A DNA stretch of 64,000 bases, taken from the NCBI GenBank assembly GCA_017541325.1, contig JAFXZI010000014.1:45741-109740 (forward strand). Reading direction: 5' to 3'. The first letter of the stretch is position 1, and each line of letters starts with the position of its first letter. Source of the DNA: Bacilli bacterium (lineage in GTDB: Bacteria; Bacillota_I; Bacilli_A; RF39; UBA660). Position numbers and translations under genes: made by a program. The notes under the pieces were generated by a model, which made no database searches, was not told the DNA's origin, and was given only the letters and a program-made list of their open reading frames with translations. Positions 8,907 through 18,908 of the stretch are shown here, piece after piece.

Positions 8907-10646
8907 CTAAATTTCGTTATCTCTTTTCTTTTTTTCTTCTTCTTCAAGTTTTGTATAAGCTATTTTACCTATTAAAGTTTTAGGTAATTTATCTCTAAAT
9001 TCATATTCATGAGGCCATGAATAACGAGCTAAGTTTCTTTCACATAATTCTTTAATTGAATCTAGTATTTTATCATTTTTAGGAACTCCATCTTTTAAAA
9101 CAATAAACGCTTTTGCAACTTGAACTTTATATGGATGAGGTACTCCAATAACACAAGCACGTAATACATCAGGATGTGATTCAATAATACCTTCAATATA
9201 TTGTGGATAAAGATTATATCCAGATGATACTATCATTCTTTTTAATCTATTCTTAAAGTAAACAAATCCTTCATCATCCATTGAACCCATATCTCCGGTA
9301 TGAAGCCAAATCCTTCCTTCTTTATCTGGTTTTAATACTTTATTTGTTTGTTCTGGATCTTTTAAATATCCTTGCATGACAGATGGTCCACAAATAGCTA
9401 TTTCTCCTTCTTTTCCATGCTTTACTTCTCTATTTGTACCATGTTTAACTATTTTATAAAGTGTTCCAGGATAGGGAATTCCAATAGAACCAGCACGATA
9501 ATCATAATATGGAGTTAAGCAACTAGCACCACTACTTTCTGTAAGTCCATATCCTTCTCTTACTTGAATATTTACTGCACCATGTTCATGTAAGAAGTCA
9601 TCTACTTTTTTCTTTAAAGAAATAGATAAAGTATCTCCTCCAGAAATAAGTAATTTTAAGAAAGATAAATCCATTTGATTTATTTCTTCATTTTTTAAGA
9701 ACGCTTCATATAAAGTTGGTACTCCAATAATAATATTGGGTTTATATTTCTTTAATAAATTATCAAATTCTTTAGCATCAAATTGTGGTATTAAAATACT
9801 AGTACCACCAAAATATTGAACTGTATGAATACATACTCCAAGTCCAAAAGCATGGAATATTGGAAGTATTGCTAAGCACTTATCTCCTGCTTCTAATTTT
9901 CCACAAGCATAGAATGATTGAAGAGCACCACTATTAAAATTATAATTTGATAACATAATTCCTTTAGGGTCTCCAGTTGTACCACCACTATATAGTACAA
10001 CAGCAGTTTCATCTCCATCAAAATCATCTTTAATTTCACCCCAATATCTTAAAGATAATCTCATGAATTTTCTCCATTTTATAATACATTTATTATATTC
10101 AATATTAGTTTTTCTTCCTCTAGTTAATTTATAACCTATCTTTAAAAAGAAAGGCATAGAATCAGCTGGACTTACTAAAATAACATTCTTAACTCTAGTC
10201 TCATCTATAATATGATTAATTTTATTAAATGCAGAATCAAGTGCAACTACATAGTTGCTTTCAGATACATTTAAATAATATTTAATTTCATTTTCAGCTG
10301 AAAGTGGATGAATCATATTAGCTACTGCACCTATTTTATTTAATGCATAAAAACTAATAATAGCTTCAGGAGTATTAGGCATACATATGCTTACATAATC
10401 TCCTTTTTGTACTCCTAATCTTTTAAATGATTTAGCACATTTATTTATTTGTTTTAAAAAAGCTTTAAAAGTTTTCTTTTTACCAAAATAATCATAACTA
10501 ATATAATTTAAATGATCTTGAGCAGATTTTTCTAATAATTTATATATAGAACAGTTAGGATAATCAATATTTAAACTTTCATCATCATAAAACTTTTTCC
10601 ATATTCTTTCATCTGTTTGTTTTTTCAAAGTAATCACTCCAAACAA
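8907..10646 (-). CDS. AMP-binding acyl-CoA synthetase / fatty-acid-CoA ligase family
   Basis: 579 aa. AMP-binding signature LYSGGTTGDPKGIMLS and the C-terminal GYGLTE / ...GD... pattern. Confidence 0.75.
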   Translation of the reverse strand: MFGVITLKKQTDERIWKKFYDDESLNIDYPNCSIYKLLEKSAQDHLNYISYDYFGKKKTFKAFLKQINKCAKSFKRLGVQKGDYVSICMPNTPEAIISFYALNKIGAVANMIHPLSAENEIKYYLNVSESNYVVALDSAFNKINHIIDETRVKNVILVSPADSMPFFLKIGYKLTRGRKTNIEYNKCIIKWRKFMRLSLRYWGEIKDDFDGDETAVVLYSGGTTGDPKGIMLSNYNFNSGALQSFYACGKLEAGDKCLAILPIFHAFGLGVCIHTVQYFGGTSILIPQFDAKEFDNLLKKYKPNIIIGVPTLYEAFLKNEEINQMDLSFLKLLISGGDTLSISLKKKVDDFLHEHGAVNIQVREGYGLTESSGASCLTPYYDYRAGSIGIPYPGTLYKIVKHGTNREVKHGKEGEIAICGPSVMQGYLKDPEQTNKVLKPDKEGRIWLHTGDMGSMDDEGFVYFKNRLKRMIVSSGYNLYPQYIEGIIESHPDVLRACVIGVPHPYKVQVAKAFIVLKDGVPKNDKILDSIKELCERNLARYSWPHEYEFRDKLPKTLIGKIAYTKLEEEEKKKRDNEI

Positions 10647-10707
10647 AAAAATTCCTTATTCATAATAACATATAATACAAAAAAAATAAAGAAAACTTAA
10701 GTTTTCT

Positions 10708-11952
10708 TTATATTACTTCTATTGATTCTTCATATGATTTCTTTATTAGATAAAGCATTATAGAAGATGCTGATACATCAACTGATGCATGTTTTCCATT
10801 CTTTTTTATATATCGATAGAAAATATTACGATATAAATTAATGCTTTCAGTATCTTCTAATTTTAGACCATATAAAGTCTTCATAGATACTAAAGTTTCA
10901 TGTATAATTCTTTCTTTTTTTATTTTTATATTAAATTTCTTATTAAAATCTTTATAGTCGTTTAATATCTTTTCAGCTTGTTTATATGTAACTCCATATA
11001 TAATTGAAAAGAATGAAACCTTAAATAATAATAATTGATTATCATCATTCATAAGTGGGAAATCCTTTAATCTATTAAAAGTATTATTACCAATCTTTTT
11101 ATATCCCTCTACTCCAAACATCATTGTATTAACTAAATCTTTATCAGCATTATAATCTTTTTCTAAATTATCTAAACTATTTAGAATAGGAGGTACATTA
11201 TCAGTATAATATCTATTAATCATTAAATTAAATGAATAATCAATAAGCATTTTTAATTTTTGTTTATCAGTATCTCTTTTCTTTTTATAAATATATTCTT
11301 TATAATAATCCCACAATAATCTTCGGTAATTATTATAATTTAACAAAGAAAGTACAACATCAAAGAATTCATTATCACTTGAATAGTTTTCTAAAACATA
11401 ATTATCCATTAAAGAAACCATTTCTATAAATTTATCATTTCTTGATCTAAGTAGAGCTTTTACTACTTTACCTTTATCATCACTTTTAAAGACATTTAAT
11501 AGTAAATTTCTATATGATTCAACACTAAACTTATCAATTACATCTGCTGATAAAAAGTCAGATACTCTAAATTTATTAGACATAATAAGTTCATCGAATA
11601 ATTTTTCTCTTGTTAAAAAGATATAATCAATATATTCTTTTTCAGTATCATATAATATAAATAAATCTTTTAAATTACCTAAGTCATTTTTTTCTAAACT
11701 CATATAAATATATCTATTATTTCTAAAAGATGAAGAAGTTACTATTTGATAAAACTTACTATATTGATTCATATTTTTAATAGTTAGTATTCTTTTTACT
11801 ATAGAACCTGCAATAGATATAGAATATTCATCTGGGTAGTTATTTAAAGCTAAAAGATCTTGATTCATGATGGAAATAAATTCAGTATCACTTAATGATA
11901 ATGTTTCATCAATAGTTAAAGATAAAACTTTCTTCTTCATAACTTCACCCAC
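10708..11952 (-). CDS. Hypothetical protein (soluble, no recognisable motif)
   Basis: 414-aa ORF with gene-like codon usage; 82 nt downstream of yebC. Confidence 0.4.
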   Translation of the reverse strand: MGEVMKKKVLSLTIDETLSLSDTEFISIMNQDLLALNNYPDEYSISIAGSIVKRILTIKNMNQYSKFYQIVTSSSFRNNRYIYMSLEKNDLGNLKDLFILYDTEKEYIDYIFLTREKLFDELIMSNKFRVSDFLSADVIDKFSVESYRNLLLNVFKSDDKGKVVKALLRSRNDKFIEMVSLMDNYVLENYSSDNEFFDVVLSLLNYNNYRRLLWDYYKEYIYKKKRDTDKQKLKMLIDYSFNLMINRYYTDNVPPILNSLDNLEKDYNADKDLVNTMMFGVEGYKKIGNNTFNRLKDFPLMNDDNQLLLFKVSFFSIIYGVTYKQAEKILNDYKDFNKKFNIKIKKERIIHETLVSMKTLYGLKLEDTESINLYRNIFYRYIKKNGKHASVDVSASSIMLYLIKKSYEESIEVI

Positions 11953-12034
11953 TTTCCTATTCTAAAAATATTTTATCATACAAAAATAAAAAAGAGTATT
12001 TCTACTCTTTAATTATTAAACTAGTTTACACTTA

Positions 12035-12754
12035 TTAAGCATCTAAATTATGATATACATTTTGTACATCATCAATCTCTTCTAAGGCATCAGCTAAAGC
12101 TAATACTTTTTCAGTAGTTTCTTCATCAAGTGTTACAGTATTTTGGGCAATATATGTTATTTCACTTGTTATAAATTCTTCTACTCCAATACCTTCAAGT
12201 GCAGTTTTAACAGCAATAAAGTCTTCTGGAGAAGTATATATTTCATATCCATCATCAGTAGAAACTATATCTTGTGCTCCAGCATCAAGTGCAGTCATCA
12301 TAACTTCATCTTCATCATATTTTGAATCAATCATAATAAAACCTTTACGATCAAACATATATGAAACAGATCCATCTGTACCAAGGTTTCCTCCACGTTT
12401 TGTAAAAGTAGATCTTACAAGCATTGCAGTACGATTACGATTATCTGTTAGGCAATCAACCATGAATGCCACTCCTGATGGACCATATCCCTCATATCTA
12501 ATAGATTCATAGTTTTCACCTTCGTTAGACTTAACTGCTTTATCAATTGCTTTTTGAATATTATCTTTAGGCATATTATTACTTTTAGCTTTTTCAACTA
12601 CTAGTCTTAAATTAGGATTAGTTGCTGGATCTCCATTTGTTCCTTTAGCAGCTACATATAATTCTTTAGCTATCTTTTGGAATATTTTTCCTCTTTCAGC
12701 GTCTAATAATCCTTTTTTTCTGTGAATAGTTGCCCATTTAGAATGTCCACTCAT
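12035..12754 (-). CDS. yebC: YebC/PmpR-family transcriptional regulator
   Basis: 239 aa. MSGHSKWATIHRKKGLLDAERGKIFQKIAKEL N-terminus is diagnostic of YebC. Confidence 0.9.
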   Translation of the reverse strand: MSGHSKWATIHRKKGLLDAERGKIFQKIAKELYVAAKGTNGDPATNPNLRLVVEKAKSNNMPKDNIQKAIDKAVKSNEGENYESIRYEGYGPSGVAFMVDCLTDNRNRTAMLVRSTFTKRGGNLGTDGSVSYMFDRKGFIMIDSKYDEDEVMMTALDAGAQDIVSTDDGYEIYTSPEDFIAVKTALEGIGVEEFITSEITYIAQNTVTLDEETTEKVLALADALEEIDDVQNVYHNLDA

Positions 12755-12764
12755 ATTTTCCTCC

Positions 12765-13460
12765 TTAACTTAGTTTTAAATATTCTATTATTACCGGTGT
12801 AAGAATTAGTAATAATATTAATGGTATATAAAATAATACCGATATAACAGAAACCTTTACAGGTATCTTGTTAATGATTGCTTTTATTTTTAATACTTGT
12901 CTTTCTCTTATATAATCAATTTGAGTATATATATCTTCAATAATATCATTACCTAAAGTATTAGATTCAGATATATGAAGAATAATACTATTTACTTCAT
13001 CTGATGGAATTCTCTCTCTTAATGAATCAAGTGCTTCGTTAAGACCTTTTCCATATTTCATTTCTTCTAAAGTAATTTTAAATTCATTAGATAAATCATT
13101 ATCTACATTTATAGTTGCAACTTCTATAGAATCAACTATGCTTTTTCCTGATTCTAAGGAAAGTGCCATTACTTCAAAGAATTCCATAGCATTATACTCT
13201 AAATTATCTTTTCTTTTATTTATTGGAATCTCAATTAAATAATAAGTAATTAATTTAAAATAAATAAAAGTAATAATCGGACTAAGTAAATATCCCCAAT
13301 CAAGCATATATAATAACATGAAAAATATAATTAGAGAAGAAAAAGTTCTAAAGTTAAGAAAGAATATACTACTCATATTACTTTTTCCCATTTTTAATTT
13401 CTTTTCAAATTCTTCTATTTTTTTTCGAGGATAAATATAATACCAAAATTTATTTTTCAT
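12765..13460 (-). CDS. tadC: Tad pilus platform protein, TadC-like (T2SS-F domain)
   Basis: 231 aa. Membrane protein directly downstream of the TadB-like gene (overlapping) and the CpaF ATPase. Canonical tadZ-tadA-tadB-tadC order. Confidence 0.65.
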   Translation of the reverse strand: MKNKFWYYIYPRKKIEEFEKKLKMGKSNMSSIFFLNFRTFSSLIIFFMLLYMLDWGYLLSPIITFIYFKLITYYLIEIPINKRKDNLEYNAMEFFEVMALSLESGKSIVDSIEVATINVDNDLSNEFKITLEEMKYGKGLNEALDSLRERIPSDEVNSIILHISESNTLGNDIIEDIYTQIDYIRERQVLKIKAIINKIPVKVSVISVLFYIPLILLLILTPVIIEYLKLS

Positions 13461-14446
13461 AATTTCACCTCGATGTATACTATTTTTCTAATTATTATTA
13501 TATAGAATACATATAACATTATTATTAACACAAATGCTAAAAATCCTATGGTTGTAGTAAATAAAGTTACAAAGTATGCTGGATTAAGTAATAATAAGAA
13601 TAAAACTAATATCGGTGGCATTGAAACTAAAATACGATAAACGAATCTAGCTTGAGAAGAATTACTTTTAAGTTCTTCTCTTAATTTTTTTCGTGCTAAT
13701 GCATTTTTTTCAATAGAATCAAATACAGATACAATGTTTCCACCAGTTTTACTTAATACACTAATTGAACTAGTTAAGTATGTAGCTTCAACACTTTTTA
13801 CTCTTTTACTAAATCTTTTAAAAGCTTCTTCTATATCTAATCCAAATTTAATATCTTCACTTATACGTTTAAACTCTATAGATATAGGTCCTTGCATCTC
13901 TTTAGCAACTAAGTCTATAGCTTGAATAATACTTTTTCCTGATTTAAAAGCATTATTCATTATTACTATTGCTTCTGAGATATCATTATCTAGTCTATTA
14001 TCTTCATATTTTCCAAGTACATATAAATAAATATCATATAAGAAGAATCCTGCTAAGAAAGATATTAGAATATTTACGATAGTTAGAACATTTTCTTTAG
14101 CAAATGAATTACATATAAGTAATAATAAACATAATAATCCTATAAATATTTTTCTACTAATGTAATTCATATTTGTAAGAAGTTTTTTACTACCTGAATA
14201 CTTTATATATTTTTTACTATAATCATCAAATACATGAGTTTTTATTAGTCTCCTAGATAGTTTTTCTTCTATATTTCTATAACTACTTACTAAAACATCA
14301 ACAATAGAAAGAGTATCATTATCATAATCTACAGTATAATTATTAAATCTTTTAGTTAATTTATAACTGTTATATGATTTTATAAATAACCATACCAATA
14401 ATAGAATTAAACATATTAACAATAATACTAATAAATATAATTCCAT
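13457..14446 (-). CDS. tadB: Tad pilus platform protein, TadB-like (T2SS-F domain)
   Basis: 329 aa with N-terminal TM, central soluble helical domain and C-terminal TMs. Position immediately after cpaF. Confidence 0.7.
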   Translation of the reverse strand: MELYLLVLLLICLILLLVWLFIKSYNSYKLTKRFNNYTVDYDNDTLSIVDVLVSSYRNIEEKLSRRLIKTHVFDDYSKKYIKYSGSKKLLTNMNYISRKIFIGLLCLLLLICNSFAKENVLTIVNILISFLAGFFLYDIYLYVLGKYEDNRLDNDISEAIVIMNNAFKSGKSIIQAIDLVAKEMQGPISIEFKRISEDIKFGLDIEEAFKRFSKRVKSVEATYLTSSISVLSKTGGNIVSVFDSIEKNALARKKLREELKSNSSQARFVYRILVSMPPILVLFLLLLNPAYFVTLFTTTIGFLAFVLIIMLYVFYIIIIRKIVYIEVKL

Positions 14447-14459
14447 ATTTTACTCCTTT

Positions 14460-15812
14460 CTATTTTTTCTTAGTTGTAGTCTTTTTAGTAATTTTATTTT
14501 TTGCTTTAGATTCAAACATATCTAAAACAATTCCTTTATTTTTAATTTTTTCATATATTTTTGGTACATTTTCATAAAGAATAAATTCTCCGTTTACTTC
14601 TTTATTTTCAGTTATACCATGCTTTAAGAATGCAAATATATCTTCAATAATAATATTTTCTCCATCAAATCCAGTTATTTCTGAAATATTAGTAACTTTT
14701 CTTTTACCATCACTTAATCTTTCAACCGATATTACTATATCAATAGCACTATCTATATACCCTCTAATAGCTTTAATAGGCAATTCTACTTCGCTCATAA
14801 GAATCATTGTTTCAAGTCTATTTAATGCATCTTTTACTCCGTTAGCATGTAGAGTGGTTAATGATCCATCATGACCTGTATTCATCGCTTGTAGCATATC
14901 AAACGCTTCTTTACCACGAACTTCACCAACTATTATTCTATCAGGACGCATACGAAGAGAGTTTCTTACTAAATCTCTTATTGTTATTTCTCCTTCTTTT
15001 TCATAGTTTTCAGTTTTAGTCTCAAGTGAAATAACATGTTCTTGTTTAAGACGAAGTTCAACTGCATCTTCAATAGTAATTATTCTCTCATCATTAGGAA
15101 TAGATCCTGAAAGAACATTTAAAAGTGTTGTTTTACCAGAACCAGTTCCTCCACATATTAAGATATTTAATCTTGCTTTAATACAAGCATCTAAGAAAGT
15201 AGCCATATATGGAGTTAATGTACCATTTCCTATTAAACTATCCATATCTTCAACATCATCTCTAAATTTACGAATAGTTACAACTGGCCCCTTTACTGAT
15301 AATGGTGGAATAATAGCATTTATTCTAGATCCATCAGGAAGACGAGAATCTACCATTGGGTTACTACTATCAATAGTTCTACCTAGTGGTTGAATGATAC
15401 GACTTACTGTTCTTATTATATGTTCATCATTAATAAATGAAACATCATAATCACGAGATATTATACCATCTACTTCAATATATATTTCATCAGGAGAATT
15501 AATCATTATCTCTGTTACATTTTTATCTTTTAATAATTCTGTAATAGGTCCAAATCCATTTAATTCATTATTAATAAGATTTTTTAAATAGTCTCTTTGT
15601 TCATTTAAAAGATCATATTCAACTGCAATTCTATCTATTACTTCTTCTATATTTTCTTCTTCTATTTCATGAGAATCAATTAATTCTTGAATAATCTTAA
15701 TACGTAATTTATCAAGTTCTTCTTTATTCTCAAAAATATCATAATCAGTATTAGTATAAGTATTGGAACTATTATCTTCTAAATTGAACTCTTCCATCCA
15801 ACTATTATTCAT
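14460..15812 (-). CDS. cpaF: Tad/Flp pilus assembly ATPase CpaF/TadA
   Basis: 450 aa. Walker [20 protein letters not shown]. CpaF-specific [60 protein letters not shown]. Confidence 0.9.
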   Translation of the reverse strand: MNNSWMEEFNLEDNSSNTYTNTDYDIFENKEELDKLRIKIIQELIDSHEIEEENIEEVIDRIAVEYDLLNEQRDYLKNLINNELNGFGPITELLKDKNVTEIMINSPDEIYIEVDGIISRDYDVSFINDEHIIRTVSRIIQPLGRTIDSSNPMVDSRLPDGSRINAIIPPLSVKGPVVTIRKFRDDVEDMDSLIGNGTLTPYMATFLDACIKARLNILICGGTGSGKTTLLNVLSGSIPNDERIITIEDAVELRLKQEHVISLETKTENYEKEGEITIRDLVRNSLRMRPDRIIVGEVRGKEAFDMLQAMNTGHDGSLTTLHANGVKDALNRLETMILMSEVELPIKAIRGYIDSAIDIVISVERLSDGKRKVTNISEITGFDGENIIIEDIFAFLKHGITENKEVNGEFILYENVPKIYEKIKNKGIVLDMFESKAKNKITKKTTTKKK

Positions 15813-16563
15813 AATCTTCCTCCTCTACTAAACTACGTATATTATTACTAAATGTTTCATATTCTTTTTTAGCTTCACCAGTAAATATTTCATTAAAATT
15901 AATTATTTTTTCATCCATAACTAATTCATTATAATTATTTATAAATAATTTATTACTTATAGAATAATCTAATTTTTTAATTACTGTTTTTATATCATAA
16001 ATATCATAATTATCTTTAATATCTCGATATGATTTATTTAGTAGTACAACAACATTATCTACTTTCATATTTTTAGTTATAGAAATGAAACTCTTATTAA
16101 TTTCTAAATTATAAGCATCATCTCCAACTATATCTATAATCTTCATACTTTTATCAAAAAGAAGCATATTAAGTGGGCTTAAAGTATTATTTGTATCAAT
16201 TACTATATATTCATATGAATACATTAATAAATCTAAAACTTGAGACAATGCTTTTACATCTATTTTAGATGATAATCTCATATCTATAGGAGCAGGAATA
16301 AAAGATAAGTTATCTCTTACATAATAAGTATATGGAGTAGAACTTTCATATTTTTTATTTCTTAAATCATCACACATATTATAAATAGTCTTTTTAGGTT
16401 TAATACCTAGTGCAAAAGCAAGATTTCCTCCATATAAATCTAAATCTATTAAAAGAGTACTTTTATTTTTACTTAAAATATCTGCAATCATCATTGAAAC
16501 AGTAGTTTTACCTACTCCACCTTTCATAGATGTTACAGTTATTATCTTAGCTTTATTCTTCAT
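15805..16563 (-). CDS. cpaE: ParA/MinD-family ATPase, CpaE/TadZ-like (ATPase domain only, no N-terminal receiver-like domain)
   Basis: 252 aa. Deviant Walker A TSMKGGVGKTTVS. 8-nt overlap with cpaF. Confidence 0.75.
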   Translation of the reverse strand: MKNKAKIITVTSMKGGVGKTTVSMMIADILSKNKSTLLIDLDLYGGNLAFALGIKPKKTIYNMCDDLRNKKYESSTPYTYYVRDNLSFIPAPIDMRLSSKIDVKALSQVLDLLMYSYEYIVIDTNNTLSPLNMLLFDKSMKIIDIVGDDAYNLEINKSFISITKNMKVDNVVVLLNKSYRDIKDNYDIYDIKTVIKKLDYSISNKLFINNYNELVMDEKIINFNEIFTGEAKKEYETFSNNIRSLVEEEDYE

Positions 16564-17341
16564 CTAACCAACTCCTATTTTTATTATAATTATTTATTAT
16601 ATTATTTTCTGTTAATAACATATCATATGATTTTACATATTTAATATTCTTAGTATTAATAATTAAATCTCCACTTAAATTATCTATTTCTTTTATAAAG
16701 TCTCCATTTAAATATAGACGTGCTTTGTTAGTACCAACTAAATCTATAATATTTCTTTCATTAACTGGACCAATTAAAATATCATTTAAATACAGACTAT
16801 TATTACTTATAAAGAACCTACTATTACCAATCATAAATTGAGTATCATCTAAATTAGTAAAACCAATTTCTAAAGAATAATTTTCTAAATCAAAATTCTT
16901 TATATTAATTACACCATTAATTATGTTGTAGCCTCTACCATCTAAACTATTTACTTCATTATTATTTATTTCAAAATACATTAAAATATTACTTGTATAT
17001 TTTACTTCTTTTTCTGATGTAACAGTATATTTATCCATACCTATAATTTTTCCAAATATAGGTTTTATATCTTTATGCGTTTTTATATAAATAGATCTGT
17101 TTTCTATTTTTACTTCATCTATAACGATATCTTCATCATTTAAACTATATAATAATTTAATATCTTCATTAGAAACATCAATCTTTTTATTTAAACTAGT
17201 TAAAATATCTTTATTAACGTTATCTAAATAATTTTTATTATAAAACATCAAAGATGAATCTATAATAAAAGCTAAAGCAAGTGTAATAATAGGTAGTAAA
17301 AGTAAGAATAATACCAGTACTTGTCCTTTATTATTCTTCAT
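16553..17341 (-). CDS. TadE/TadG-like pseudopilin (larger paralog)
   Basis: 262 aa. N-terminus MKNNKGQVLVLFLLLLPIITLALAFIIDSSL resembles the TadE N-terminal motif. Overlaps cpaE start by 11 nt. Confidence 0.55.
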   Translation of the reverse strand: MKNNKGQVLVLFLLLLPIITLALAFIIDSSLMFYNKNYLDNVNKDILTSLNKKIDVSNEDIKLLYSLNDEDIVIDEVKIENRSIYIKTHKDIKPIFGKIIGMDKYTVTSEKEVKYTSNILMYFEINNNEVNSLDGRGYNIINGVINIKNFDLENYSLEIGFTNLDDTQFMIGNSRFFISNNSLYLNDILIGPVNERNIIDLVGTNKARLYLNGDFIKEIDNLSGDLIINTKNIKYVKSYDMLLTENNIINNYNKNRSWLDEE

Positions 17342-17684
17342 TATTAATAGTCCTTTCTACTTTAACACTATATGGATCTTTTATTATTCTATTAATTCCT
17401 GGAGTCATTAAATCAACATCTTTAGTAATAATAATTGTTGTAATAGAACCCTTATCAGTAATATCAACATTAATATTTTTGTATCCAATACTAGCTAGAT
17501 ATGACTCTATTTCATCATTATCACTATTCTTTTGATATAGTGAAATAACTTCATTACTAACTCCTTCTAATTTACTATTTTCAAGTATTATTCTTCCTAA
17601 ATCTAAAAATGAAAAGAGAAGTAATATTATTACTGGTAATATAAGAACAAATTCAATAAGTGCTTGACCCTTATTATTCTTCAT
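17331..17684 (-). CDS. tadE: TadE-like pseudopilin
   Basis: 117 aa. N-terminus MKNNKG^QALIEFVLILPVIILLLFSFLDLGRI closely matches the TadE consensus (G-x-A-x-x-EF-ALvLPvllll...g). Confidence 0.65.
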   Translation of the reverse strand: MKNNKGQALIEFVLILPVIILLLFSFLDLGRIILENSKLEGVSNEVISLYQKNSDNDEIESYLASIGYKNINVDITDKGSITTIIITKDVDLMTPGINRIIKDPYSVKVERTINNEE

Positions 17685-17746
17685 AATAACACCTTCCCTA
17701 TCTTACATAATTATATCAAACAAATAAAAAAAAGAGAATAACTACT

Positions 17747-18898
17747 TTAAATATCATGAATATTTATTGTAGTATCCTCTTCTGTATCTTTTCTAAATAT
17801 ATCTTCTTTTCTTAACCTATAATTACTAATTATTAACTGCTCTATATTTCTATCTAAAGTTATATAATCTTCTCTATGAAGGGTATTTATTACAAGTCCC
17901 CATATATTAGCTTCTTTAATTGGTTTTGTTTTTAAAGAAAGACTATATATTCCTAAAAGATCCATATTAAATAATTCTTCTAAAGTTCTTTTATCAATAT
18001 CTTTTATTTTTCTTAAAACAAAATCATAACTAGAAGATACAAAATGTTCAAATGCTCCTAGTAATTTATCTTTACCACCAATAGTATTTAATAACTGATT
18101 AATAGTTAAAGCAAAGAAATTATAATTTATCTTTCTAAAAGCTTCATTTTTATATAAAGATTTAGGTAATGAATCACTAGCTGGATCAAAGAAATAAAAT
18201 CCATCTGCTTCATATTTAGAATCTTCTATATAAATTACAGAAACATATTCAGTATCATCTCTTTTAATTGGAACAATATAAACAGGAATATTTAATCTAG
18301 ATAATATTTCTTTAAATAGATTATTAAATCCTAAAGAATTAGTTTTTCTAGTTCTAACTATATCTGGTAATCTATCACTACTAGTTCTATCTAAATCAAG
18401 TAATTTAACAAAATCATATACTTCCTTTACCTTTTCTAGAGGTGACATTTTCTTATCAATAGATAATATTACTATATTAATATATTCCTCCATCATTCTA
18501 TAATTTGGAAGAGTTGTTATTTGATAAGTACCATCTTTATAACTATAAGAAAATTTCCAAGAATCAGGATTTTCATAAGGAAAAGATAATAATTCCTTAA
18601 CTTCATCCGGATTATTATCTCTTAAAACTAATTTTTCGACACTACTATCAGTAATCATAGGAGATAATTCTAAAACATGTTTAATTGTTTCTATATCTCT
18701 AACTTGAACCTGATCTCTAAAAGTAACTTGCGCTACTGTATTTATAGAAAATAGCATTTTCTTTACTTCTTCTAAAGTGTCAGCAGTTATAGGGGTGCTG
18801 AAGTCTAGATTGGTAATTCCAATGTATTTTAGTAGTTCTTCATCAATTGTCCCTAAATCGGATTCGAAACCATTTTCCAACTCAAAACACCCTCTCAT
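17747..18898 (-). CDS. Hypothetical soluble protein, first gene after ddl and immediately upstream of the Tad genes; start codon uncertain (ATG at 18898 lacks an SD; a TTG about 18 nt downstream is preceded by GAGGGTG)
   Basis: 383-aa ORF with no TM. 10-nt gap to ddl and 62-nt gap to tadE. Confidence 0.4.
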   Translation of the reverse strand: MRGCFELENGFESDLGTIDEELLKYIGITNLDFSTPITADTLEEVKKMLFSINTVAQVTFRDQVQVRDIETIKHVLELSPMITDSSVEKLVLRDNNPDEVKELLSFPYENPDSWKFSYSYKDGTYQITTLPNYRMMEEYINIVILSIDKKMSPLEKVKEVYDFVKLLDLDRTSSDRLPDIVRTRKTNSLGFNNLFKEILSRLNIPVYIVPIKRDDTEYVSVIYIEDSKYEADGFYFFDPASDSLPKSLYKNEAFRKINYNFFALTINQLLNTIGGKDKLLGAFEHFVSSSYDFVLRKIKDIDKRTLEELFNMDLLGIYSLSLKTKPIKEANIWGLVINTLHREDYITLDRNIEQLIISNYRLRKEDIFRKDTEEDTTINIHDI

Positions 18899-18908
18899 AA
18901 TTATTGTT

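Noticed and set aside
12765-17684. Interpretation of the secretion-ATPase locus as a ComG competence pseudopilus or type II secretion system
   Set aside because: The ATPase carries the CpaF/TadA-specific motif ([12 protein letters not shown]...TIRKF) and is preceded by a ParA-like CpaE. The platform is split into TadB + TadC, and the pseudopilins have TadE-type N-termini. This is Tad architecture, not ComGA/ComGB.
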